From sequence record MH221129.1: 64,000 nucleotides of DNA; one strand, written 5' to 3'. Position numbers and translations under genes: made by a program. The number at the start of each line of letters is the position of its first letter. The first letter of the stretch is position 1. Below, in pieces: positions 18,610-26,562 of this stretch. The notes beneath the pieces were generated by a model, which searched no databases, was not told the origin of the DNA, and saw nothing but the letters and a program-made list of their open reading frames with translations.

Positions 18610-18974
18610 GCAGAATACCCTCGTTGGAAAATAACACCGGGTGCCGGTAACGGCTCGTTGTCCAGCGCAGACATGCGCAGTGATATCGCGTGCACCTTCT
18701 CAGCATTACGTACGGTGGATTCACGACGCAGTTCGCCCAACGCGACAGCAAACTGAGTAGACAAGATGCGGCTACCGTAGAAACCGCGATGTTTGATAGG
18801 CAACGGTTCAAAGCGTGCATCGATTCCGTTGGTGGCGTTCAGTTCTTCGATGGTTTCCATGATGCCCTGCTGCATCCGGATTTCGCTGTCACCATCGGCA
18901 TCGGTGGCAGTTTCAATAACCGCTACCTGATAGATTTTTTGAGTCATGGTAAATTCTCCTTTAGATATAGACAT
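18606..18974 (-). CDS. Early hypothetical protein (probable start MTQKIY)
   Basis: ORF track; AAGGAG precedes the internal Met; immediately follows promoter 19006..19031. Confidence 0.7.
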   Translation of the reverse strand: MSISKGEFTMTQKIYQVAVIETATDADGDSEIRMQQGIMETIEELNATNGIDARFEPLPIKHRGFYGSRILSTQFAVALGELRRESTVRNAEKVHAISLRMSALDNEPLPAPGVIFQRGYSA

Positions 18975-19005
18975 AGACTCTGGTGCTAACGTAAAAACTC
19001 AGAGA

Positions 19006-19031
19006 TTCACGTAGATAAAATCTATCTAAAA
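19006..19031 (-). promoter_or_regulatory. Early promoter variant TTTTAGATAGATTTTAT-CTAC-GTGAA
   Basis: Aligns without gaps to the 26-bp motif; directly downstream of terminator 19064. Confidence 0.65.
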
Positions 19032-19063
19032 CCAATTGGAATCCAGTACAAAGAAAAAAAAGA

Positions 19064-19083
19064 AAGAGCCCCGAAGGGCTCTT
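19064..19083 (-). terminator. Terminator, UUCG loop
   Basis: AAGAGCCC-cgaa-GGGCTCTT with A-tract on plus. Confidence 0.85.
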
Positions 19084-19086
19084 GTC

Positions 19087-22000
19087 TTACACCAGCTTGT
19101 CATCTGGTAGAACGTAGTTAATGTCAAGCGATGCGGTGGTGTGGTCAGGTACGGCTAAATCGTGGTAGAAGTCATACCCCACCCCGTGAGTTTTATAAAG
19201 CATGTACAAGCCTAAAGCTCGCATTGCTTCACCGGTGTAGAAACCGAAAGCTTGCCCGTTGTCGGTCGTTGGGTTCGCCCACGGCGACCACGCACCGTTG
19301 ATAGCCTTACCGGGAATGTCGGTGACAGTGAAGTTATCCCCCATCTCTTTCATTCCCATATCCATGATACGGTCTAACCCTTCCACGGTACAACCTGCCA
19401 TTGCCGCATAACAGCTCCCTGCAATCCACAAAGCACACATGTGAGCCGTAAAGTCGTTCTCTACCCAAACCGGTTTATTCGGTGCAGTAGGGAACTCGTT
19501 CGGGGTGTGGTTATTGAACTTGTCCAAAAACTGAACCAGCCATCTTGCCCACGTCTCAACATATGTTTGTAGCTTCTCAGGAACAGGTTTACCGCGCACT
19601 ACTAATTCATACCAGCACCGAGCAGCGGCGTTATACGCACGCGGCTGATACCCTGCCCATGGATGCCCGTCTCCCCAGTGGAAAGTTGTCCAGGTATCTG
19701 GGTCACCGTACGAATAGTTATCCCAACGGTTCCACACATACGCTGCGCAACCCGGTCCCAATTCCCCAATTTGCGTATTGTACGCGATTTGTGAATCGTA
19801 CATAAACGTAATCTGGTTATTGAACCATTCTGCGAAGCGATCGTCCTTGTGAATGGTGTACATGAACGGGTACTGATAGCCTGGATACGGCATCCCGTGC
19901 CACGCCCCTAACTGCGCTGCCCCTTCCGAATAGATATTCGAGAACGGAATCGTTCCTGGGCAATAAGCCAGTGAGTCCAGGCGGTAGTCTTTAACCGTAC
20001 AGTCGCCCACCAAACCTGTGTATGCTGAACTACCACGAATAACGATGCGGAACGTTAAGGTCCAACCATCATCCTTATCGAACACCGGTGGGATGTCGTT
20101 CAGGCAGTAATAACTGAAGTGCGCATTATCCACTGTAGAGTCGGGTAATATCGTCACCTGGTCAATCGTGGTGTAGTTAGGTGCTGATGGTTCCGGATCG
20201 GTGTCAGCGTGGTCCGGTTGATAACCAGATAGCGTCGCCTGGGCTGGGTCGATAATAACTTGTCGCCACTCTCCGTTCGTGGCAGGCAACATCCACCACC
20301 ATCGCCATTTGTCCGTGTCTTCAAAGCGGAAGTTAAAGTCCGCATCTGCTTTGTAAACAATAGACTCTGGCTTAGCAACACCCGCATCAGTCAACCAGAA
20401 ACCAATGATAAACCCTGCGTCATCGTCCGGAAACAATGCTTCAACCACCGTACCCGAACGACCATCATAAATCCCTTCCTCAAACTGCTCCTTCCAGGTA
20501 CATCCGCCGTAGTCAGAACAAGCACGCGCGTCCGCAATCACGTAATCGTCGTTCGTCGCCGGGTTAGTGATTCTCGCCAGCGAACGAAAATCAATATCGT
20601 ACTGTTCCACCGCTAACGATGCCGAACCGGGTAACGTACAGCCGTACCAATTGACCTCCTGCGTATCAGCTTTCACCGGGTTGATGTCCACCATCACTTT
20701 ACATGCTAAAGCGTCGCCGTTATCACAAACGCCGCCATACGTCACGCGTAGTTTCGAGTTGGTGTTGATACGGAAACGAATGGCTTGTTGTTCCATGAAG
20801 TGCTGGAGGGCTTCAGCCGACTTAAACACGATATCCCCATCGGCATTTCGACTATACTCAACCGTTCCAGTAGACGGGTAGTTATAGTCGTACGAAATAC
20901 CGTCCGTAAACGGCGTCTCCGCGAGTTTAGAGCGACGGAAGAACTTATCGGTGGCATCGATGTACGTATACTCGTGTGCGGTGTAGAAGACGCAATCAAG
21001 CGCTTTCTTGTAACGGTCTTCACCGGTGATACGCCACAACAGATAGCAGCAATCGATAAACCACACTTCGGCATCTGCCGCGTTCCCCATCTGGTTCACA
21101 GAACCTTTAAATGGCGTGTGGACGGGACGGTTATGCCAAGCCTCGTTACGAGCGAATTGATAGCCACCTTCCGCGACCGGAACCTGTGATGCGTAGTTCA
21201 CGAGATACACGCCGTTTATGGTGGTGTCCTTCAACTGCACAGTGCCTTTGTCGGCATCCGCAAACCCGGTGCCAATAATCTCGCCGTCCTGAATCTTGTT
21301 GCCTGTCCAAGCAATAATCCAGTCAGGTTCAAACAATGCCCCTTTACTTGCCGAACCACCCCAGATGGGCGTATAGCCGGACGGGTCACCTAACATCGTG
21401 TTCCAGTCTACCCACGCTTTTACATCGTACGGTTTCTCAGGATTGGTGATGAGGAAATCCGGCACTCGTGCCCAGTCTATTAACCCGTCTTCCGATTCCT
21501 TGATTTTCTGTACGTCAGCATTGACCGCACCCCACGTTGGATGGCCACGATGCGCAGAAAAGAACTTGTTCAGATATTCCCCAAAGAAAGGTGCCCCATG
21601 GGATATCTTACCGAGACCATTCGTAAACGTGATAGGAACACATTTATAGCCTCCGTGAGTTGGTTCGGTCGGGTGTACGGGATAGTCGGCCAGAACCGGT
21701 TCTTTACCGTTTACTAACCAGTTACAAATCCAACGCTGGGCAGTCTCAGGGATCGGCTGATTGGCGTAGTAGTACGTTACGTACGCTTCCCATGCCTTTA
21801 TTGCGGCATCAAGCCACATCTGATGCTTGGTTGCGATGTACATGTGGCAATAGCCGATAATCAACAGCGATTGCCCTTCGGTAGTCGCATCGCCATTAGG
21901 CTGGTACTCCGCCATCGTGTCCGCAATAAAATGACGATTGTTCGACAACACCCCTTCCGGATTAATTAAGTAGTGATCGTTGTGAGCATCGTTTGTTTGA

Positions 22001-22095
22001 CCGGTGTTACGTCGCACAAAGTCCTGGTGGCCGTAAGCCAGTTGCATCGCGTAGTTTAACGCATGGCGACCCGCGGCAATCTTAAACTTCATCAT
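19087..22095 (-). CDS. GH8-like (alpha/alpha)6 glycoside hydrolase with large internal insertion, probable virion-associated polysaccharide hydrolase (1002 aa)
   Basis: ATTEGQSL and GNAADAEVWF...LWRITGEDRY resemble the catalytic segments of GH8 endoglucanase BcsZ (TTSEGQSY; NSASDGDVWM...LWKEQRY). Confidence 0.6.
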   Translation of the reverse strand: MMKFKIAAGRHALNYAMQLAYGHQDFVRRNTGQTNDAHNDHYLINPEGVLSNNRHFIADTMAEYQPNGDATTEGQSLLIIGYCHMYIATKHQMWLDAAIKAWEAYVTYYYANQPIPETAQRWICNWLVNGKEPVLADYPVHPTEPTHGGYKCVPITFTNGLGKISHGAPFFGEYLNKFFSAHRGHPTWGAVNADVQKIKESEDGLIDWARVPDFLITNPEKPYDVKAWVDWNTMLGDPSGYTPIWGGSASKGALFEPDWIIAWTGNKIQDGEIIGTGFADADKGTVQLKDTTINGVYLVNYASQVPVAEGGYQFARNEAWHNRPVHTPFKGSVNQMGNAADAEVWFIDCCYLLWRITGEDRYKKALDCVFYTAHEYTYIDATDKFFRRSKLAETPFTDGISYDYNYPSTGTVEYSRNADGDIVFKSAEALQHFMEQQAIRFRINTNSKLRVTYGGVCDNGDALACKVMVDINPVKADTQEVNWYGCTLPGSASLAVEQYDIDFRSLARITNPATNDDYVIADARACSDYGGCTWKEQFEEGIYDGRSGTVVEALFPDDDAGFIIGFWLTDAGVAKPESIVYKADADFNFRFEDTDKWRWWWMLPATNGEWRQVIIDPAQATLSGYQPDHADTDPEPSAPNYTTIDQVTILPDSTVDNAHFSYYCLNDIPPVFDKDDGWTLTFRIVIRGSSAYTGLVGDCTVKDYRLDSLAYCPGTIPFSNIYSEGAAQLGAWHGMPYPGYQYPFMYTIHKDDRFAEWFNNQITFMYDSQIAYNTQIGELGPGCAAYVWNRWDNYSYGDPDTWTTFHWGDGHPWAGYQPRAYNAAARCWYELVVRGKPVPEKLQTYVETWARWLVQFLDKFNNHTPNEFPTAPNKPVWVENDFTAHMCALWIAGSCYAAMAGCTVEGLDRIMDMGMKEMGDNFTVTDIPGKAINGAWSPWANPTTDNGQAFGFYTGEAMRALGLYMLYKTHGVGYDFYHDLAVPDHTTASLDINYVLPDDKLV

Positions 22096-22098
22096 GGC

Positions 22099-22572
22099 TT
22101 AGTACCCCTGTGCGCCGATAGCTCCCCGCCAGTGACCACCACCATCCGTCGAAGTGAGAATGAACACATCTTCTGCGCCAACAGTGTACGACAAGACAGG
22201 CTCTGCGCCGTACGGCCAAGTGACTGAAGATGGCCATACCACTTTATTAGCACCGGTACCCTGGAAAAAGCTCAATCGCATCTCGTAACGAATGTTCAGT
22301 ACCGGGTTCTCGATATCAACGAAAGTCAGCGTGGTGCTTGGGTCATTCAGCGTGATAATAAAATCGTCAGATACGTTCATGTCGATGCGTACTGCGCCTT
22401 GTGCCATGAACAATGATTGGAATGCCTTCCTCGTATCGCCGCCTAATTCGCTCAGTGGAATTTGGTATTCTTTTTCCCCGTCGGTGACAAGGGCGGCGGA
22501 CGCCGGTGCTGTTTTGTCACCCGTAAAGGCGGGAAGTTGGTGCAATCGTTTCTTTTTGACTGGAGTTGCCAT
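22099..22572 (-). CDS. Short tail-fibre adaptor-like protein (157 aa)
   Basis: N-terminal KRLHQLPAFTG and C-terminal WPSSVTWPYGAEPVLS...DVF...DGGGHW pattern typical of fibre domains. Confidence 0.55.
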   Translation of the reverse strand: MATPVKKKRLHQLPAFTGDKTAPASAALVTDGEKEYQIPLSELGGDTRKAFQSLFMAQGAVRIDMNVSDDFIITLNDPSTTLTFVDIENPVLNIRYEMRLSFFQGTGANKVVWPSSVTWPYGAEPVLSYTVGAEDVFILTSTDGGGHWRGAIGAQGY

Positions 22573-23114
22573 TATGCGTCCTCTTCAATCCCGTAAGTTA
22601 GTACGGCGTCATCGCCAATGCATAAAACAGTATCGTCATCCGAGACCCCAGCAGCGTACTCGAGCTTGCCGAATAGCGTGGCCGCAAATGTCCCTAACCA
22701 CGCAGGTGAGGCGTCGTCGATGTACAACAAAGTCACATCGTCAGTAATCGTGATGGGCGAGTCTACAAGGTCATCGGCCGTTAAATTGGTACCACAGTAT
22801 TCATTCACTACCGAAAGTAGCTCTGTGGTTTGTTGCGCGTCCTCAACAGATATCAAGAGCGGTTGACTGGTATCGAGGATGGCACTCGCGGATAATCTGT
22901 CGTAATAAATGACGACTTGCTTACCGTTAGGCTTACGGGCTTTTGCAACAAGCGCTTGTGTGTTGCGTGGAATAATTTCCACGTTTTCATTTACGCCCAC
23001 CTCGGTAATCACTAACTCGCTAGGCATCAACGTCAAATTGTTATCATTGTTGATAAGCGCCACGACGAGTGACTTAGCGTCAAGTGTGAGATCGGGCCGA
23101 TAGCGTTCTGCCAT
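22572..23114 (-). CDS. YDR-family structural paralog
   Basis: Likely start MAERY at 23114 (GGAGG); IYYDRLS, VNEYCGTNL, WLG motifs. Confidence 0.7.
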   Translation of the reverse strand: MAERYRPDLTLDAKSLVVALINNDNNLTLMPSELVITEVGVNENVEIIPRNTQALVAKARKPNGKQVVIYYDRLSASAILDTSQPLLISVEDAQQTTELLSVVNEYCGTNLTADDLVDSPITITDDVTLLYIDDASPAWLGTFAATLFGKLEYAAGVSDDDTVLCIGDDAVLTYGIEEDA

Positions 23115-23144
23115 TGATGCCTCCGGAGAAATAAAAAAAATAAA

Positions 23145-23172
23145 GCTACCACACATATGATCGTGTGGTAGC
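23145..23172 (-). terminator. Terminator, 10-bp stem
   Basis: GCTACCACAC-atatgatc-GTGTGGTAGC with A-tract 23131-23144 on plus. Confidence 0.8.
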
Positions 23173-23179
23173 CGTTTCA

Positions 23180-23392
23180 TCACCAGAGCTTACAAACGGC
23201 GTAAGCAATGGCGATAATGGTGACGATTATCTTGAGTAACGCCCCAGATTCTTCGTCTTCGAATTTCTTACTGCCATATGGGTTACTGCCAAACGCGCTT
23301 TTGTTAAAGTGTCGACATTTGCGCCAATAGTTGAACTGGCTGACCAACACGACAATCGCAATAACCAGAATAACAACCCAAAACAGAGTCAT
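23180..23392 (-). CDS. Small membrane protein, two hydrophobic segments
   Basis: ORF track; hydrophobic N- and C-terminal helices. Confidence 0.7.
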   Translation of the reverse strand: MTLFWVVILVIAIVVLVSQFNYWRKCRHFNKSAFGSNPYGSKKFEDEESGALLKIIVTIIAIAYAVCKLW

Positions 23393-23400
23393 GATAATCC

Positions 23401-23802
23401 TTAATGTAATGTTGGTGTCGATGGGAACGGAACGGGTGGTTGTCCGTTAGCTTCCAGGGTACGATTCGCTTCGGCTAAAATACCATCAAGGCCGCGACGA
23501 ACGTATTCCGGTAAGCCGAGATCAACAAACGTCATTTCGTCCATTTCTTCACGGAACACTTTACAGCAATTATCCAGATATTCCGCACATGCAGTGGTGT
23601 CGTCAGCAAACAACACATGAAATAGAGCGAAGCGATATGCTTCACCAACGAATGCAAAACGCTGGAAAACTTCGTAGTCACATTCTTCAACAGAGACGTC
23701 AAGACGACGAGCCGCTTCGGTAACGGTATTGCGGAGTGCGTGAACCCATTGGAGTTCAGCATAAGAGTCAGGACGCTTTTTATTCGGCATTAACAGTTTC
23801 AT
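23401..23802 (-). CDS. Hypothetical protein (133 aa)
   Basis: ORF track. Confidence 0.7.
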   Translation of the reverse strand: MKLLMPNKKRPDSYAELQWVHALRNTVTEAARRLDVSVEECDYEVFQRFAFVGEAYRFALFHVLFADDTTACAEYLDNCCKVFREEMDEMTFVDLGLPEYVRRGLDGILAEANRTLEANGQPPVPFPSTPTLH

Positions 23803-24191
23803 GCTTGTGCACTCCCTGGTGGGGTATAGAGGAAATTAAGGGTAGCGGTTATTGACCAACGAATACGATTCAATGCAATTATCGGGAGTTCTTTTTTAGC
23901 CTCGTCCGAAAGCACCACTGTAAAGACCAACCCATCGCGGATAACACCGTGGCCTAAATCCACCAGCCGCTCTTTGATTATCTCCGCCAGCACCACATCG
24001 ACTTCGCCCCGGTCTGCGCGTGAAAGCTCAAAGGTATAACTCACACCGTCCCAATGTACATCACTCACGATAGCCAGATACTCAAATGAAGCCGCTCGCA
24101 CGATGCTTACTTCAATGCCATACTGGGCCATCCTTCCTTCAATTTCGTTAATCTCATCCTGACTAATACTGCTTGCGGCAAGTAAGTACAT
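23799..24191 (-). CDS. Hypothetical protein (130 aa)
   Basis: Likely start MYLLAAS at 24191 (TAAGGAG). Confidence 0.7.
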   Translation of the reverse strand: MYLLAASSISQDEINEIEGRMAQYGIEVSIVRAASFEYLAIVSDVHWDGVSYTFELSRADRGEVDVVLAEIIKERLVDLGHGVIRDGLVFTVVLSDEAKKELPIIALNRIRWSITATLNFLYTPPGSAQA

Positions 24192-24192
24192 T

Positions 24193-24597
24193 TTAATTCT
24201 CCTTAAGATTGGCGGCGTCAAGCTCGCCCATGTAAATAACTTCGTAGCCGAACCATTCACCGATTTCGATGAGATACGAAACCAACAAATGGCGGTGGCA
24301 GAACTTCCCCGGAGGACAATAGCACATAAGCACCACCTCTTCCTGCCGGAGAATATCAATTAGCTTATCGGTATCTTCATCAAATAACCGATTGAGCTTT
24401 TGCAAATAACGTACTGTGTAAGCGGCTTCTGCTTCTGGACCTTTATCAGACTGTTTATAGTCCATCAAGAAATCCCAATCCGGGGCCAGATACTTCAGCC
24501 CCGTTTTGACAGTGATGTCCAGCTTAGGTATACCTTGCTGGTCAGCTTTGCGCCACTTCGCCAGTTGGAGCGTCCACAGTTTTACTTGCTTTGGCAT
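24193..24597 (-). CDS. DUF488-like protein
   Basis: LAPDW, Y..RY..L and VLMCYC...CHRHLL motifs characteristic of DUF488-type proteins. Confidence 0.6.
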   Translation of the reverse strand: MPKQVKLWTLQLAKWRKADQQGIPKLDITVKTGLKYLAPDWDFLMDYKQSDKGPEAEAAYTVRYLQKLNRLFDEDTDKLIDILRQEEVVLMCYCPPGKFCHRHLLVSYLIEIGEWFGYEVIYMGELDAANLKEN

Positions 24598-25549
24598 TTC
24601 TCTCGCGCTCCTTTTCCCGTTCCTGTAGCGCTTTGAAGTCGGGAGAGAGACCGCACCACTCTTCCGCTGTGTACGCCGTAATCACCAAGCGTTCAGCATC
24701 TTCATGCACTGTGTAAGGTTCAGGTCGTCGATGCAGATGGCGATACTGAGCCGCCTTCGGGACGGATAATCCCAACTTGGATACCGATGCCCCTAGTTTG
24801 GAGTACCAGAAATCTTTGTAGGGTTGATTTATAGATATCCGCCAAGCAACAGCTGGATTGATGCCGATACTGTTATAGTAGCGTGACTTCGCACACGGAT
24901 TAGCATACACCCACAACATGCGCTGCTCGCGGTCAAAGGCGAACTCGTAGTTGTTGAAGTTACTGACCTGAATCAGTTCACGAATGTTCTCCGGGAGGTC
25001 ACTCCACATTTCAGTTTTATCTTTATCCCAGGCTGGGGTTTGTAATGGCGGAATACGACCAGCGTGATCTTGAAAATACATTATCTCGCTGTATAGTTTC
25101 TTCAAACGGGCGTATTCGTCCAAAGACCAGTCGCCCATCGAATGACTATTTTCCAGAGCATCCATTTTATTCCACCCAAGATAAGCGGCGGAGTGATGCT
25201 CCTTACGTGTGATCCCGTGCATCAGCTTAGCTAACCCCTGAACCACATTACCTTGCTGTATCAACGGTGACCACCCATTCGGGTGGTTAGGCGTTGTTAG
25301 CGGCTCAAAGCAGTCTTCTGTTAATGTTGCCCAAGTAACATGATCAACACGTGCGTGGTGCAAATCCATTAGACGTTCCACGATAGCGACAGACATCAAC
25401 ATCTCCATGAAGTTGGCATCACCGCCATTCCACATGGAGAAATACGCCGGTCGCACGTAGTGGGCTTCTGTAGGCGTAGCCTTGCACATCAGCTGGTACA
25501 TTATCCAGGTGGAATCTAACCCCGCTGAAAATGAAACAAGCTTGGTCAT
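24542..25549 (-). CDS. PP-loop ATP pyrophosphatase, QueC-like (335 aa)
   Basis: N-terminal LVSFSAGLDST PP-loop (SGGxDS variant); no C-terminal CxxCxxC zinc site. Confidence 0.6.
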   Translation of the reverse strand: MTKLVSFSAGLDSTWIMYQLMCKATPTEAHYVRPAYFSMWNGGDANFMEMLMSVAIVERLMDLHHARVDHVTWATLTEDCFEPLTTPNHPNGWSPLIQQGNVVQGLAKLMHGITRKEHHSAAYLGWNKMDALENSHSMGDWSLDEYARLKKLYSEIMYFQDHAGRIPPLQTPAWDKDKTEMWSDLPENIRELIQVSNFNNYEFAFDREQRMLWVYANPCAKSRYYNSIGINPAVAWRISINQPYKDFWYSKLGASVSKLGLSVPKAAQYRHLHRRPEPYTVHEDAERLVITAYTAEEWCGLSPDFKALQEREKERERNAKASKTVDAPTGEVAQS

Positions 25550-25557
25550 CCGTTACC

Positions 25558-25890
25558 TCACTTTTGTTTCTGTTTTTCTTCACGCATCAGCTTAGCATTC
25601 AGGTCAACCATGTAATCCGGCTTTTCCATCACCTGGACTTCTTCCCAGTTGCTACCCACGGTCATTTTAAGAGTGCCTTGACGCACCGCAATTTCTTTCG
25701 CGGTGTCTCGACAGACCTCTAACGCTTCGTCTAAATCATTAAAGGTCGTTTTCTGTGGCCCGTTAAAGGTTTTAGCGCATTCCAGGAACACACGTTCGTA
25801 AACGTCCTGGTCGAGTAAGAGTGGTTTGTCCGCAGCCTGGACAACCATAGGCGCAACAAGTGCGCCTAACAGAACTAAAACTTTTTTCAT
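25558..25890 (-). CDS. Exported protein with signal peptide and two Cys
   Basis: MKKVLVLLGALVAPMVVQA-ADK Sec-type signal. Confidence 0.7.
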   Translation of the reverse strand: MKKVLVLLGALVAPMVVQAADKPLLLDQDVYERVFLECAKTFNGPQKTTFNDLDEALEVCRDTAKEIAVRQGTLKMTVGSNWEEVQVMEKPDYMVDLNAKLMREEKQKQK

Positions 25891-25893
25891 GGC

Positions 25894-26343
25894 TTAGCCT
25901 ACCAAATCGATGGTGATGATTTTGTCGACGTGACCTTTTTCGTTTGCCAGTCCACGGATAGCAAACGTTGGTCCCGATTTCTCTTCGTTCAGTAAGTCAC
26001 GCAATACCGAAGCGTGTGGTCCCCAAGGACGCAACTCTGCAACAGCCTGCTGGCCACGCACGCGAATGTTAGACAGCGCACCACAAACATTGCTGTAGTT
26101 CACTGCAGACTGACGGCAGATAAAGCGGTCACTGTCTGCTGGGTTGTTGACATTCAGATAAGACAAGTCCGGCTGACCAAACTCGCAGAATACACGAGGC
26201 TGTCGAACCATTCCACGTACCAACTTTTTAAGCGATGTGTTCTGATCGTACACCACACCAAACGCATTTGGCTTTGATAAATCCGCCAGTGTCACTTCGA
26301 ACCATTGATCCGATTCCCCAACCACTTTCTTAATATCCATCAA
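25894..26343 (-). CDS. Degenerate paralog of phiKZ-type (S80) prohead protease
   Basis: FEVTL, CEFGQP, RPWGP, FAIRG, IITIDLV are colinear with the S80 motifs GEYGHP, PxGP, FSxRS, IVTWDxV; His and Ser positions substituted. Confidence 0.55.
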   Translation of the reverse strand: MMDIKKVVGESDQWFEVTLADLSKPNAFGVVYDQNTSLKKLVRGMVRQPRVFCEFGQPDLSYLNVNNPADSDRFICRQSAVNYSNVCGALSNIRVRGQQAVAELRPWGPHASVLRDLLNEEKSGPTFAIRGLANEKGHVDKIITIDLVG

Positions 26344-26358
26344 ATTGCTCCTTACGTT

Positions 26359-26562
26359 TTATTGAATAGCTTCTCTAATTAACGGCGCGATAACCAACAT
26401 CATGTACGGGACACCGACGATTATCCCAGTAATCGCCGCACCGAAAACAAACAACAACTGACCAGCGAGATCTTTATCTTTCGTAAACCGTGGGAGACTG
26501 AAAAGATGTCCAATCCCCACAAGTGCCAACAGGATTACAACAACATGTAACGCAATTAACAT
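26359..26562 (-). CDS. Small two-TM membrane protein
   Basis: ORF track; hydrophobic. Confidence 0.7.
   Translation of the reverse strand: MLIALHVVVILLALVGIGHLFSLPRFTKDKDLAGQLLFVFGAAITGIIVGVPYMMLVIAPLIREAIQ

Noticed and set aside
24542-25549. Complete 7-deazaguanine DNA-modification cluster
   Set aside because: No queD, queE, folE or dpdA recognised in the window, and the QueC zinc site is missing
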